Positions 1 to 12,096 of a DNA stretch of 64,000 bases are shown here, piece by piece. The translations under genes and the position numbers were made by a program. This stretch comes from Oculina patagonica (Eukaryota). The notes under the pieces were generated by a model. That model did no database searches, had not been told where the DNA came from, and saw only the letters and a list, made by a program, of their open reading frames with translations. The stretch covers positions 3,038,001 through 3,102,000 of the forward strand of contig NC_135765.1 of assembly GCF_052425735.1 (NCBI RefSeq). Reading direction: 5' to 3'. Every line of letters starts with the position of its first letter. Positions within the stretch are counted from its first letter, which is position 1.

Positions 1-466
1 CGCTAATTTTAGTCCTTTTTGCCGAAAAGAAGAAAAATCTCCTTGACAGTGTTTTTTAACGAGAAAGAGAACAGTAAAGGGCGCACATCTCTAGCTCACT
101 CCCATTCAATAACTCTCAGGTTTGTGAGGCGATACACTAGGCAAGAGTTTTCGCTCCGCGCATCGCACCATCGGCATCGTCGTTTAGTCTTCGTTTGGCC
201 GACCTCGAATTAACCTGAGATCGTGTCCTTCCTCCCTCCTTACTTATCACGAAAAAAAGAACGCCAGATCACAGGTTAACCTCGAATTATAGCCGATGAG
301 AGGCTTTAAGATCAAGAAGCGAACTCAGTCGAGCTACCCTGTGAAATTGGTTAAACTGGGGAAATGGGGGTGCGAGCACGAACGACTCCCTCGCGCGGTA
401 CGTCCTTTAATCTAGGACCTCACATAAAGCAACAATCGAGCTTCCAATACTTGCACTACTACATAC

Positions 467-527
467 CTCCACGATGAATAAAGAAAACCACAATGATCAA
501 GAGAAATTGGAAATAGCCGACAGCCAT
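467..527 (-). CDS. Ly6/three-finger array copy 0: signal-peptide exon 1 (exon 2 would lie left of the window)
   Basis: ATG at 527; 61-nt exon MAVGYFQFLLIIVVFFIHRG+G ending at a GTATGT donor; same length and phase as the other five first exons. Confidence 0.75.
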
Positions 528-630
528 TTTCACTGCTTGCTCTGGGCACTTCACAAAAGATAAAAGCGTACACGAAGACAATCCGAGCAAGGTCACGCGA
601 TATATTTCTATCACGCGATGGGACACGTCT

Positions 631-640
631 CCATATAAGG
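631..640. promoter_or_regulatory. CArG box upstream of copy 0
   Basis: CCATATAAGG matches CC(A/T)6GG; 104 bp from ATG; positionally conserved in all six first exons. Confidence 0.6.
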
Positions 641-1199
641 TATGGGTGTGTGGAAAAGCGATACCAATTAAAAGGATGGGGTTGACCGATAATGCACGCA
701 TAATTAAAGGAGCTAGTCACGGAGATTTCGGCGACTTTTGGTCTAAACTGTGCTGAAATTAGTAGTAGGCAACTTAACCGATGAAATCAATCAGTCAATC
801 AATTTATTAATGTCATGGCGCGGGATGAGAGTTTTGAAGGTCGGAGTAAACCACGAGAGAGACGTCCTAGGGCATGAGGGTGAATCATCTCTTCTAAAAT
901 CTATCAATATCTTGAGGCTAAAAAGCTTAGAATTTTAACTGATAGCTGAGGAATGGGCCCAATTTTCTGATAGCTGAAAATCGAGCACCCTCTCTTCCAT
1001 TTTCAGATATTTCCTTGTAATGAAAATTGCGTTTGTAAGAAAATGTAATCATGTTTCGTTTAGTTCATCAATGAAAATAAAACCTACAACTTGCTTTTTA
1101 CTATTTGTCCTGTACGACACGAAAAGTAAAGTATGATTTTGAAACATGTTCTTAAAACCCTAGGACAATGTAGCATCGGGCGATACTATATCGGGTTAA

Positions 1200-1752
1200 A
1201 GTTGTATGCGATTTTTGCATGACGCGGTGTCGCTCTGTTGATGCTACTGCCCTGCTCTGCCTGCTGATGTGCCGTGGGTTGTTTGTTCCTGAGTTTATAA
1301 TACCGCTGCAGTTGTCGCCAGAACAGCAGTTTTCTTCGAAGGTGAAAGTCCACCACGGAGGCCAAGGGCAACTGAATGTGGCACATCTTCTATGGCGAGT
1401 CTACAGCCTTCATATGCATTCGGAGAGCTACACCTTTTGTAGCAGTAGTTTCCATTAGATCGCCTGAAGTGCAATTCATCCTACCCCGATTAGACATGTT
1501 GATGATTTCGATGGGCATGCAGTTTTTGTCCTCTTTGAGTTGCAGTCATCCCAGGAATCTTCGCTTGTTCATTTGTAACAGCTCAGGCAATCTAGAGGAA
1601 ACGACGAATCGGTATTAAAACCTGGATCAACTCGTCAAGCTACCAGGCGAACACGGTTTATCTCAGGGAGCGAACGCGGAAACATGAACGACTACCTGGA
1701 GAGTACGCCCCCAGAATGCATCGACTTGTCTTGGTCAGACTTGCTCACCTCC
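1200..1752 (-). pseudogene. Ly6/three-finger array copy 1, pseudogene
   Basis: Acceptor ctctag|AT at 1591 as in paralogs, then DCLSCYK*TSEDSWDDCNS. TGA replaces Cys2 at 1569-1571, followed by several frameshifts. Only GGAG|GTGAG of exon 1 survives (about 1744-1752) next to a TIR element. Confidence 0.85.
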
Positions 1753-1755
1753 CAC

Positions 1756-2180
1756 CCCGGGGGGGTACTCCCTATAATGGCCTATACGGGGAGGCTCCGC
1801 CCGAAAGGGGTACCTTTTTCAGGCTTCAGGTATATAAAAGGGTAGGGATTTCACAATATTAGGTATATGAAAGGGTATAGAAATCTGATATTTAGGTTTT
1901 TCAAAGGGCCTTTAATTAAAAAATTTCGAACAGATGCAATTCAAGCTAATTCGTGGCTGTAATATTTCAACTTATTAAGCGCTACATGAAAATGACAAGA
2001 AAACGTCTTGATCTAAGTCTATGCCATGTCTTTCAGGTATATGAAAGGGGAACCTTTTTTAAGTGAAAGGTATACGAAAGGGGTACAATTTCTGTCAAAA
2101 ATGGTATATAAAAGGGTAAGGGGTTAGAGCTCGGGGCGGAGCCTCCCCGTACAAATCTTCTTTGAGTACCCCCCCCCGGG
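1756..2180. mobile_element. Non-autonomous TIR element at the site of the lost exon 1 of copy 1
   Basis: Inverted termini CCCGGGGGGGTACTC / GAGTACCCCCCCCCGGG; internal AAAGGG(G)TA repeats; no ORF. Confidence 0.7.
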
Positions 2181-2744
2181 CCCCCCACCCCGCACGGAAC
2201 GGGAAGCGGGAGGTTCAGACCCCCTTTCCACCCCCTAAAATCAGTCAGTCTGTCATCACTCAATTAATAAATCAATTAATCAATCATTTTATTTGTCGTA
2301 AACAAACTAATGACAGGAAAAGTGTTCCTCTACAATATATATATAATATAATGCTTATTCGGCGCAAATTAACATATAAATATGATCAAATGCGCCTTAC
2401 ATCAAATTAATTAAAAACCTAACAATTTACAATAGAATATATAACATTCCTAGAATAAAAAGTAAAAACTTAAGATTAAAATTAAAACTAAATCTAAAAC
2501 TAATATTCGTGAGAAGTCATGCTAAGAGAGGCTCTAGCTGTAACAAGCAAATGTTCTTTTAAACAAGTACGTCTTAATTGCTCATTTAAAAAGTTCAACA
2601 ATTCATATACCGCTGTTATTAAAGTATTTTGCTAGTTTATATCATAACTACAACAAAATAGATATAAAAGTGATTATATAGTTTCCTTGTTATACATTGA
2701 TCGCACACTGACGTACAGCATAGCATCTCATCCTCCAGCAAGAT

Positions 2745-4753
2745 TCAATGCATAACAGCTATAGCCCAGAGGGTCAGCGCCATGCATATTCCCAGCATCG
2801 CTTTGCTGATGCTGTGCGATGATCCAGAGTTGCAATTGTCTCCAGAACAGCAGGTTTCTACGTCGGAGTAACTCCACGACACAGACGGCGACTTCGGGCA
2901 TGAAGGAGAGTCTCCTGAGGCGGTTTCACAGTCTTTTTCTGGGGCGCTACACCTCTTGTAGTAGACAGTTTTCTCGATATTGCCTGCGGGGCATGACAGC
3001 GTTCCTTCAAGACACTGTAATGATCCCAATGAACATTTCATTGTTGTCATTTTTGAGTTGCAGTCATCCCAGGAATCTTGGCTTGTACATGTGTAGCAGC
3101 TCAGGCAATCTAGAGACGACGAAATCAATATTTAAACCTGGATCAACGTACAAAGTAATACAAACCCGGTGTCCTAGCGGATTTGGACCCCACCCCCAGC
3201 AGATATATGGACCCCCCGGTCCAAATCCGCCATGCGTTTTATATGCATATTCGCTACTCTCTCCTCCGCAGAGGCCTCTTTCGTGTTTCGTATGGGCTGG
3301 GAAATTGGGAGAGGTGAAAAGTAAGCGCGCGGAGCCTGGGGAGAAGGAGCCTCTGCGGAGGAGAGAGTATTTGCTAGCAGATTCCGACCCCCCTACGCGA
3401 AATTGGACCCCCAACAAAAGTAATCATACTTAACTTTCCTACACTTTCAGTTTGAGTCATCAACGAAAAAAAAGCAAAGCTTTTTTAATGTCATTGCGAA
3501 TATTTCATGGACTTTGAAAAAATGAAATAGACAACGTACGCCCAGGTGTAAACACGGTTGAAAATCCTTCAGCATACAATATAAAAAAATAAATAAATGA
3601 AGATCTGTAAATAAAATGTAAAATGTAGATAAAATGTACAGCATGCGCATCACAATTATGTAATTCTCAACATCCTGTAGCAACGTTTTCCAAACGAGAA
3701 TCAAGTGTGATCAGTTGTTGACCCAAGTGAAAGCGCAGAATCAAATATGCATTTGTCTTGATCTTTAGTAACGAATTTGGTGTTGTGAATCGAGGGAAAG
3801 TTGAAAAAAAAGTGTAAATTCTGAACTCAAAGAGTGCCATTTAACCGAAATTAGTTTTATCTGTCGAATGGAAATTATTCCTTTGAGCAACAGCGTAATA
3901 TTAGAAATTTTCGTAGGAATTTTTATGCTAATTCACGCATCAACAAATTTAATTGCAATTTGGTGGCCAAAGACTGTTGAATTCCCTGCAAAAATGTACG
4001 CGGTAAATTTCTAAGAGCTTGGACATTAAAATAAAATAGCTTTCAGGACGGCAAGCCTTGATTATTCTGTAAAAGTAACATTTTTTCAATCTTTTGAGCT
4101 ACATGGTTTTTCCACGCCGTGGCACGCTTCAATGATGCTGTCTCAACTCGGGTAAAACAACTAGAAGGGCTGTGAACTCTGCATGTAAAGGCGGGCTATG
4201 TTTCAGCCCTGCAAGCCGTGTAACTCGGTTAGCCAGGGCACCCTCCCTCCATGTAAACAGGCCCTAACTCTCAGTTTTAACCCGTTTGTCAGGCGATAGA
4301 CCAGTCTCGTTCCCAGAGCCTGCGTTCCCCTTGACCAGCGGTCGGGAATCCGTGGCGCAGACCAGAAGGATCGCGGCCTCTGGGGACGAGATTGGCGATA
4401 GACGAGAATTCTCGCTCAGCTCTGCGCATGGCACCACTGACGTAGCCATCGTTTAGTCTTCGTTTGGCCGACTTCGAATGATAGTCGATGAGAATTCAAC
4501 CCTTGTCATATCAATCTCATTAGGCAAGGGCTTTAGAAAGCGAACTCGGTCGAGCTTCCAGGCGAAATCGGTTAAACTGGGGAAATGGGGGTGTGAACAC
4601 ACACAATTCCCTCGCGTGATACGTTCTAGGACCTCTCATAAAGCAACAGTGAAGCAACAATCGAGCTCGCAACGCTCGCAATCACTAAATACCTTCTCGA
4701 TGAATGAAGAGAACCACAATGATCAAGAGAAAATGGAAATAACTGACAGTCAT
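2745..4753 (-). CDS. Ly6/uPAR (three-finger) GPI-anchored protein, copy 2
   Basis: Exon 1 4753-4693 (MTVSYFHFLLIIVVLFIHRE), phase-1 intron, exon 2 3109-2745 (DCLSCYTC...KRC...CCSGDNCN, then small-residue omega region and hydrophobic tail MLGICMALTLWAIAVMH). LxCYxC start and CCxxDxCN end are LU-domain hallmarks. Confidence 0.85.
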
Positions 4754-4852
4754 TTTCACTGCTTGTTTTGAACTCTTCACAAAAGCTAAAAGCGTGCACG
4801 AAGACAATCCCGGTAATATTTTTATCACGCGATCGGATTAATTAACACGTCC

Positions 4853-4862
4853 CCATATAAGG
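4853..4862. promoter_or_regulatory. CArG box upstream of copy 2
   Basis: CCATATAAGG, 100 bp from ATG. Confidence 0.6.
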
Positions 4863-4960
4863 TATGGGTGGGTGAAAATTGATACCAACCCATAATACAC
4901 CTTGCTTATCCGCCAAAATATTTACATAAGCATTGCTTTCAATTTCTCTTGGGACGATTG

Positions 4961-6695
4961 CAGAGATTTCAACCCTCCCATTTTCGGTGTTCCTTTCCGG
5001 CCTCCCGTTTTTCCTCAATATTCTCCCGTTTTTTGTAGCTTTCCTTTAGCAAAGTAAGATAGTGTTTTCTCTGCTACACTAGCCATTTTTGCACGATTCT
5101 TCATCGGTTTTCTATTGTATCTTGGCCAATCATCTTGGGCTTCCTAGCATCAGTCCGTGGTTTTTGGGCGGCGTTGACAAAACCTGGATCGGATCGGATC
5201 GGATCGCGGATCGGATCGCGGATCGGATCACGGATCGGATCACGGATCGGATCACGGACCGGATCACGGATCGGATCACGAAAAATAAAAAAATTAAAAA
5301 TAAGAAAAAAAAATAAAAAATAAAAAATAAAATACAATAAAATAAAATAAATAAATAAATAAATAAATAAGCATAAACAGAATAAAACAAAAAGTAGTAC
5401 TTTATTATGACAGGACGACATTTAACATTTAACTACGCCATGAACGAAACTTTTTTATTCAAGATCTGTTTTCTTATTGTGTTAGTTTAATTACATTTCT
5501 CAACTCATCTGAATAAAACAAACCAAGCTTTGAATATTTGAAAAAGATCTCATCTTTGTAGAAAATGTCATCGACTGTTTTTTTATTTAACGAGAGGATT
5601 AAGGACAATAACAAATTCTGAACGATGACTCAACGCAACTAGAGAGTAAAAAAGGAACTTGTGTCTATTTCATGCGCATACAAGCAAGAGTAAAAGACGC
5701 GTTCTCTAAATCTGAAGACAATCTCTTATTTTGTCATACAATTTTTTTTATATTTTTAATAAAAATAACAATGATAATAATATGTTCGCTTTAATTATCG
5801 ATATTTTATTCGCTTTTATAGTTCTGCATAATTCGCTGTCACTTCTAGGTTTGAAAATCCTAATCGATTCAAGTTTGAGTAGTTTAACGTGTTTAATCAA
5901 TACGAATAAACCTATTTGATTTCTTAGGTTATGATAATTTTCTAAATACCAAAACGTGATTTGTACTTAAGCAACGTACACGTGCCAGAACATGCGACTG
6001 ACACATGCTTGCAACGATTTGCATTTTGTTTTGCAAGCTGGAAAATGTTTCTCGTAGGGAAATTTCCAGGCCCTAATCCCTTTTCCTTTGATTCCAGATC
6101 GATTTGATTACTCCTCGTAAACAGCTATTGCTTGGCTTAATTCAGCTAACCAAAACAATTAATGTTTTTTTACTTTATTTTCTTCATNNNNNNNNNNNNN
6201 NNNNNNNNNNNNNNNNNNNNNNNNNNNNNNNNNNNNNNNNNNNNNNNNNNNNNNNNNNNNNNNNNNNNNNNNNNNNNNNNNNNNNNNNNNNNNNNNNNNN
6301 NNNNNNNNNNNNNNNNNNNNNNNNNNNNNNNNNNNNNNNNNNNNNNNNNNNNNNNNNNTGATCCGATCCGCGATCCGATCCGCGATCCGATCCGCGATCC
6401 GATCCGTGATCCGATCCGTGATCCGATCCGCGATCCGATCCGATCCGATCCAGGTTTTGTCAACGCCGGTTTTCGGGCGCTGTAATGCGGTGGATTGCCT
6501 CGACTTCGGGGTCTTGCTTCATTTTGTATGGTTTTTAGTTGGTAAATTTCCATTGACTATGATCTCAAAACGCAGGAAATGGCATCTAAGAGGCCTATAT
6601 TTTTAATATTTTCCCATGGTGCATGCCGCTGGACCCCCCTAGAGGCTCGCGACCAAAATTTCCCGTTTTTTCATCTCAGTGGATTGGAATCTCTG
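4961..6695. mobile_element. CAG...CTG TIR element inserted in the 4889-6783 MITE
   Basis: Termini CAGAGATTTCAACC / GGATTGGAATCTCTG; CGATTG duplicated on both sides. Confidence 0.65.
5170..6467. mobile_element. Foldback/Mutator-like element with TIRs built of 12-bp tandem repeats
   Basis: TIR GGCGTTGACAAAACCTGGATC followed by (GGATCRCGGATC)n on both ends, inverted; flanking direct repeat GGTTTTYGGGC (5159-5169, 6468-6478); N-gap at 6188-6358. Confidence 0.75.
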
Positions 6696-6784
6696 CGATT
6701 GTCCGTCATTGTAAGTCCCAAGAGAAATTGAAAACAATGCTTATGCAAAAAAAAAATAAGGGTTAAACAAGATGTATTGTGGGA

Positions 6785-7545
6785 CAGGGACGGCGGAGTC
6801 GGGGGGGCTGGGGGGCTTTAGCCTCCCCCCCCCAGTTTTGAGGAGGATTACATTTTATTTTGTTTTAGTATATGGTACGGATAAAAAAATTTAAAAAAAG
6901 GAGAACTAGAAAACGAATTATAGCTAATTATTATTTTTAGTTTTTTAGGTATCAAATTTGTAGTTACCGTTATTGAACGTTATTGCCATTCCAGATGCAT
7001 GTTTTAGCAGGGGATCGTTTCTCAAAGCATTGTTGACTTAATAGCAAACTACTTCTGTTAATGTTATTTCGATTCTTGTACAGTAGTTATTCGAGAAAAT
7101 GCATAAGAGTATTTGCCGGATGAAACTAGTGTTTAAATTGTTATTGCTTGATTAAGTCACAAGAATTAACGAAGCTACAACTTTATACAAACCTCGTCGG
7201 AAAAGTTTCGCTTTTACGTAGTTTTAAAATTTTCTCAGCGTGTGCTTGCTTCCCACAGACCGGAAGCGTGTGTCAAAAATCCGCAGGTTAGCGTAGAAGA
7301 CCGTAAGGCCGAGAAATAACCTCCAAAACATAGCTGTAAGCACTAAAAGTACCTTTTATTTCACGCTTTATCCGGGCTAATTATTTCAAGAAGTATCTCG
7401 TGGAGAATGCTGCAAACACGATTTCCAAGCTTCTACATTTCAAAATTTTCTCCTCTCCCAGGCCCCCCCAACAAACTCGCGCCTTCGGCGCTCGCTTTCA
7501 ACCCCCCCCTCCCCCCCCACTTCAAAATACACTCCGCCGTCCCCG
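6785..7545. mobile_element. Non-autonomous TIR element
   Basis: Termini CAGGGACGGCGGAGT / ACTCCGCCGTCCCCG; TGGGA duplicated on both flanks. Confidence 0.65.
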
Positions 7546-7915
7546 TGGGAACGGTAAAAACAGCGTATTGTGCAGGCATAATTAAATGATAAAAAAATGA
7601 CATAAAACTAACATAAATATTGATGGTTCGGTGCGGTTAAAAGCCCTCTCCTTCCCTTCTTTCGACTTTTTTTTGCTTGTTTACAAGCAAAAAGAAGGAG
7701 AATAGCAGTTATGTGGGGTAATCTGGAACCGGAAATGGAACCGGAAGGAACCACATTCTTGTTAACTCTCAAGGGACTGTTTTAATTTCTCAAGGGAATA
7801 CTTTCCGCTGTGGGTGATTAAAGCGCGTGACTTGTAAAGTGTCACTCTATAGTTGTGCTTCAGCACTTCCGTTCTTGTAGAAAAAACGTGACTTGTCAAA
7901 TTTACAAACGTTATA

Positions 7916-8091
7916 CAGTGGAACCCCGATATAGCGATATGCCAAGGGGGCAGTAAAATTATATCGTTATATCGAGGAATCGTTATATCGGGGTTCTGTC
8001 CCATACATTTTACTTTTGCCGGGACATAACATATTCATCGTTATATCGGGAATATCGTTATATCGAAGATCGTTATATCGGGGTTCCACTG
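7916..8091. mobile_element. Tc1/mariner-pogo-type MITE
   Basis: TA|CAGTGGAACCCCGATATA ... TATATCGGGGTTCCACTG|TA with internal ATCGTTATATCG repeats. Confidence 0.8.
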
Positions 8092-8117
8092 TATAACAAT
8101 CAAAAACGTGAGTAGCC

Positions 8118-8163
8118 TAGCCTGTTCCAGGCGTTCGGTTAGCCGAACGCCTGGAACAGGCTA
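8118..8163. mobile_element. 46-bp hairpin mini-element with 9-bp TSD
   Basis: TAGCCTGTTCCAGGCGTTCGG-ttag-CCGAACGCCTGGAACAGGCTA flanked by TGAGTAGCC on both sides. Confidence 0.75.
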
Positions 8164-9460
8164 TGAGTAGCCCAAATCTTACGTCACATAACCAATTAAG
8201 AATGTAAGGGGTTCAGCGCTCGAAGGCAGCGAAGTTTAAAACGATTAAGAACGCAATTTGTACTGGTACAAGTCTTTAGGCGCTAATATTAATTTAACCT
8301 AAAACGATTAACAACGCAAATTTGTACTGGAACAAATCTTTCACACACTAAAACGTTGCTAATAGTTAACCAAAGGGAACTCATTTCGTGACAATTGATT
8401 ATTTCTGCTGAGTTGCACAATTTAGAATTGCAACATCATTAAATGTGTTAAGTGATATTTACAAGTGTTTTTGTAGCCTGTTGTGAAATTACTTCCGGTC
8501 GAAGCAGTAAACGCTAAAACAATGTGCTAAACGTTTTTGCTTCTGTTCAGAAGTTAATGCATCGCCATTAGAAAAATAAACAGCAACTGTTTTACTGGAA
8601 ATGTAGTCGTTAGAAATGGCATGTGTAGCCGTAAGGTAAAGAATAACGCGAGGAGAAGCGGCTTTTGGTAATATCCAAACGAAAATTTACTTCTCCGTTG
8701 TGGGGTTAAGATTGCGTGACGAGACAAAAGGTAACTCTGTCGTGCGTAACCTTTATCGGGAACCCTGCATTAAGCCGAGTAGAAATCTTTCTAACTCGAA
8801 AGAAAACAACTATTTCGATTAAAGGCAAACGTCAAAGTTTACTATTTTTAACCAAGCCAAAGTATATGAGTCGTAAAGCACCCAGCCGTCGCGACTGACA
8901 AATACAGCATTTCCTCCGCGAAAATAAAAAAAATGCTTGAACTGAAAGACGTTTGAATTCTTCCATGATATGTTCGAACAACAATGCCCAGGATAAACCT
9001 TCTACTCATACTAACTTCATGCAAAAAAGTCGATATCTCGAAGAGATCTTTTTTTCTCCGTTTACCGTCGATTGCGTTTCCTAATTTGGGTCGGTCGGTT
9101 GGCTGAGACCCAGCCCCTGGATCACGCTATCAAGTTTGTTGCATCGTGACATGATATTTAGTTGTCAATCATCAGTCAATCAATCAATCAATCAATCAAT
9201 CAGTTAGTCAATCAATCGTTTTATTTGTCCTTATCAAACTAATTACAGGATAGGGTTTTCTCTACAAGAACTCAACTAATTACAAGAAAAGGTTTTCTCT
9301 ACAACAACTCAAATACCACTGTAAGATCTGTAATAAAAGTCTTTTCCAAGTTTATAAAATAACTACATGAAAAATGAATACACTGAAGTGATCGTAATTT
9401 CCTTGTTACACGCTGATCACACACTGACGTACAGCATAGCATCTCATCCTCCAGCAAGAC

Positions 9461-10825
9461 TCAATGCATAACAGCTAGAGCCCAGAGGGTCAGCGCCATA
9501 CATATTCCTAGCACTGCTCTGTTGATGCTGTGTGATGATCCAGAGTTGCAATAATCTCCAGAACAGCAGTCTTCTGAGGCGATGTAATCCCACCTCACAG
9601 ACGTCTTCGGGCATGGGGGCCTATCTCCTGTGGCGGTGTCACAGTCTTTATTTGGGGCGCTACACCTCTTGTAGTAAATAGTTTTCTTGACATCGCCTGC
9701 GGTGCACGTCAGTGTACCCGTAAGGCATTCCGTTGAATTTGAGGGGCACGTAATTTTTGTCATCTTAGAGCTGCAGTCATCCTCGGAATCTTCGCTTGTA
9801 CATTTGTAACAGCTCAGGGAATCTAGAGGAACCGGACAAAATCAATATTTAACCCTGGATCAACAAAGGCGTACACGCAAAATTAAATCTACTTGATAAA
9901 TAAGCCTGTTTCAGCTCGGGGATTGAAAAATTATTGCTTCAGAAAGTTCTTTCGTCGAAGCGATAAAAGAATTAGATAAACTTCGGTAATTTCTTGACAT
10001 TCTCTGTCTTTGCTATTCCTTGAACGCACGATTTTGGAGTTAAAATATTAAAAATATCTTTGTTTACTGCTATAAATTTCGCTGAAATCTCAGCCTTGTC
10101 AGGCATGTTCCGCCATCTTGGATTCAAGATGGCGGAACATGCCTGACGAGGGCTGAGATTTCAGCGAAATTTATAGCAGTAAACAAATTTAAAGATATTT
10201 TTAATATTTTAACTCCAAAATCGTGCGTTCAAAGAATAGCAAAGACAGAGAATGTAAGAAATTACCGAAGTTTTTGAAAAATTATTCCGACACAAGAGAA
10301 ACTTCGAATTACGCCATGCCTCGAGTCCGCGCTCGCTTTATATAGGGTTTTTCTTGTAGGTCGTCTAATCGGAGTCGAGTGCGCAGATTTCTCACTCATT
10401 CGCATCGACTCTCGCCGTGCATATTGCGATTTTGTCAAATTTATACTCTTGACATCCTGATTTGGCCGACCTGGTATAAACTGATAAGAGTTCAACTCTT
10501 GTCAACTCTTGTTAACGCTCTTGTTAAATTTTTGTAAACTCTGTACAACTCTAGATCCTGCCCCAGGCATTTTCAATCTCGTTTGGCCTGGGCTTTTAAA
10601 AGGGAGTGAATTTAGTCGAGCTACCAGGTGAGAGCGAGCAAACGTCGGGTAAGGGAAGATGTGAATACGAACAGTTTTCTCGAGATGGTATCCTTCGTTT
10701 CAATCTAGGACCTCTATAAAGATAAAGAAACGATCGACATCCCAACATTTGCACTCCTACATACCTCCTCGAGGAATGAAGAGGACCACAATGAACAAGA
10801 GAAAATGGAAATAACTGACAGCCAT
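9461..10825 (-). CDS. Ly6/uPAR (three-finger) GPI-anchored protein, copy 3
   Basis: Exon 1 10825-10765 (MAVSYFHFLLFIVVLFIPRG, GTATGT donor); exon 2 9822-9461 (DSLSCYKCTSEDSEDDC...CCSGDYCNSGSSHSINRAVLGICMALTLWALAVMH); in frame, 12 Cys. Confidence 0.9.
9978..10273. repeat. ~295-bp near-perfect palindrome in the intron of copy 3
   Basis: ~145-bp arms centred on CCGCCATCTTG-gatt-CAAGATGGCGG; insertion bounded by direct repeat TTGAAAAATTATT (9923-9935, 10274-10286); absent from the homologous intron of copy 4. Confidence 0.9.
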
Positions 10826-10937
10826 TTTCACCGAGCTCTTCACTGCTTGAACGTTTCACAAAAGATAAAAGCGTGCACGAAGACAGTTCTTAAAAGTTCA
10901 TGCGAAATATCAGGCAACCGGATTAATTAACACCTCC

Positions 10938-10947
10938 CCATATTAGG
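10938..10947. promoter_or_regulatory. CArG box upstream of copy 3
   Basis: CCATATTAGG, 113 bp from ATG. Confidence 0.6.
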
Positions 10948-12096
10948 TATGTATATAAGTGACCTGTCGAAAAGTGCAAGGACCACTTGAACAAACACCC
11001 GGGGGGGGGGGGGCGGGAACAAACAGCAGCGAAGTAAAGACGGATCTTGGCATAGAAAATCATATTCCAATCATATATTATCTTTTTTATAAGCATCATT
11101 TCAAATATTGTACCCGTCTATTTCCAATTTTACTTACCTTTTTTTGCGGTCCCTGAAGGAGGTTAGCGAGTTTAATTTTGTCAATCCGAAATATTGGGCA
11201 ATAAAACTAGCCCCTTTTGCTAACCGATCAGTCTTGCATTTGTTTTTATTTCTGATCTGATAGGGGCTGGCACGTTATTCCTGCATAATTTGGGGCATAA
11301 TACCATAGTTGGCAGTCAGATTTTGCAGCAAAAATGAATATCAAATTGAAATAATAAAAATATAGTAATAATTGATGATTCTGTGCGGTAAACATGTTAT
11401 ATATCTCTTGACCCTTGTTTTTGTTAGTACTACAACACATGTAAGTTCGATCTCAGTGCGTTTTCTTCTGGGAAGACGGAAGGTGGCCATTTTACTGATG
11501 GGACAGCATTTTTCCGGCATAATTCGGAGCATACTTTAGTGCTGCCGAGCATAATTTGGAGCATAAGTACTCCTTTTTCGAGGATGACGCCAAGAAGACT
11601 CAATGGTAACAATGTGTCAATTCCTAATACCAATATCACCTGACAAGAGCAACGATGTGTTAAGATACATGTGCCTATGTTTTTTTTTCAATAAAAATTC
11701 GAGGGGATCAGTCTTTCTCTCTTGCGCAGTCTCCTCTAACCATACAACAAATTGATTTTCGCAGGTTAGATTATCGCTGTAAAACAAATTATAAAAAGGC
11801 GGGGCAGCTTTATAGTGAGAACTATTACTAGTAAGGTATAAAAGTGCCAACACAAGACATTCAAACACTTAAAACGTTTCGGGCTTCGCCGTTCATCAGT
11901 CAAGTAAAATCTAGCCTGTTCTACGACTGTTATCAAATGATTTTTGTACATATCTTCACGATCCTTTCTTGGTTTTCCTAGCTAACCTAAGTACAAGTAA
12001 AACAGAAAATAAAATTGATCATTTGAAGTTCTATTGTTATTTCATCAGTGACTGAAAGCATTTTAGCCCAGTCTTCCAGCAGAAGTCAAGCAGGTC

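Larger units (their letters stand above)
4889..6783. mobile_element. Palindromic MITE split by nested insertions
   Basis: Left arm CCCATAATACACCTTG...CAATTTCTCTTGGGAC and right arm GTCCCAAGAGAAATTG...GATGTATTGTGGG are reverse complements. Confidence 0.7.

Noticed and set aside
1569-1571. In-frame TGA at a conserved Cys position, suggesting selenocysteine
   Set aside because: The same exon has several frameshifts and has lost its signal exon and promoter; a nonsense mutation in a pseudogene is simpler.
4478-4771. Antisense + strand ORFs over exon 1/intron (also 13178-13537, 16477-16674) as a second protein family
   Set aside because: Frames are not preserved between paralogs (indels, stops); similarity reflects shared DNA ancestry.
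5089-6606. Repetitive ORFs (RDPI/GSRI/DRIT) and a CRISPR-like look
   Set aside because: 12-bp tandem units with no spacers, forming inverted transposon ends in eukaryotic DNA; the ORFs are open only because the repeat lacks stops or runs through Ns.
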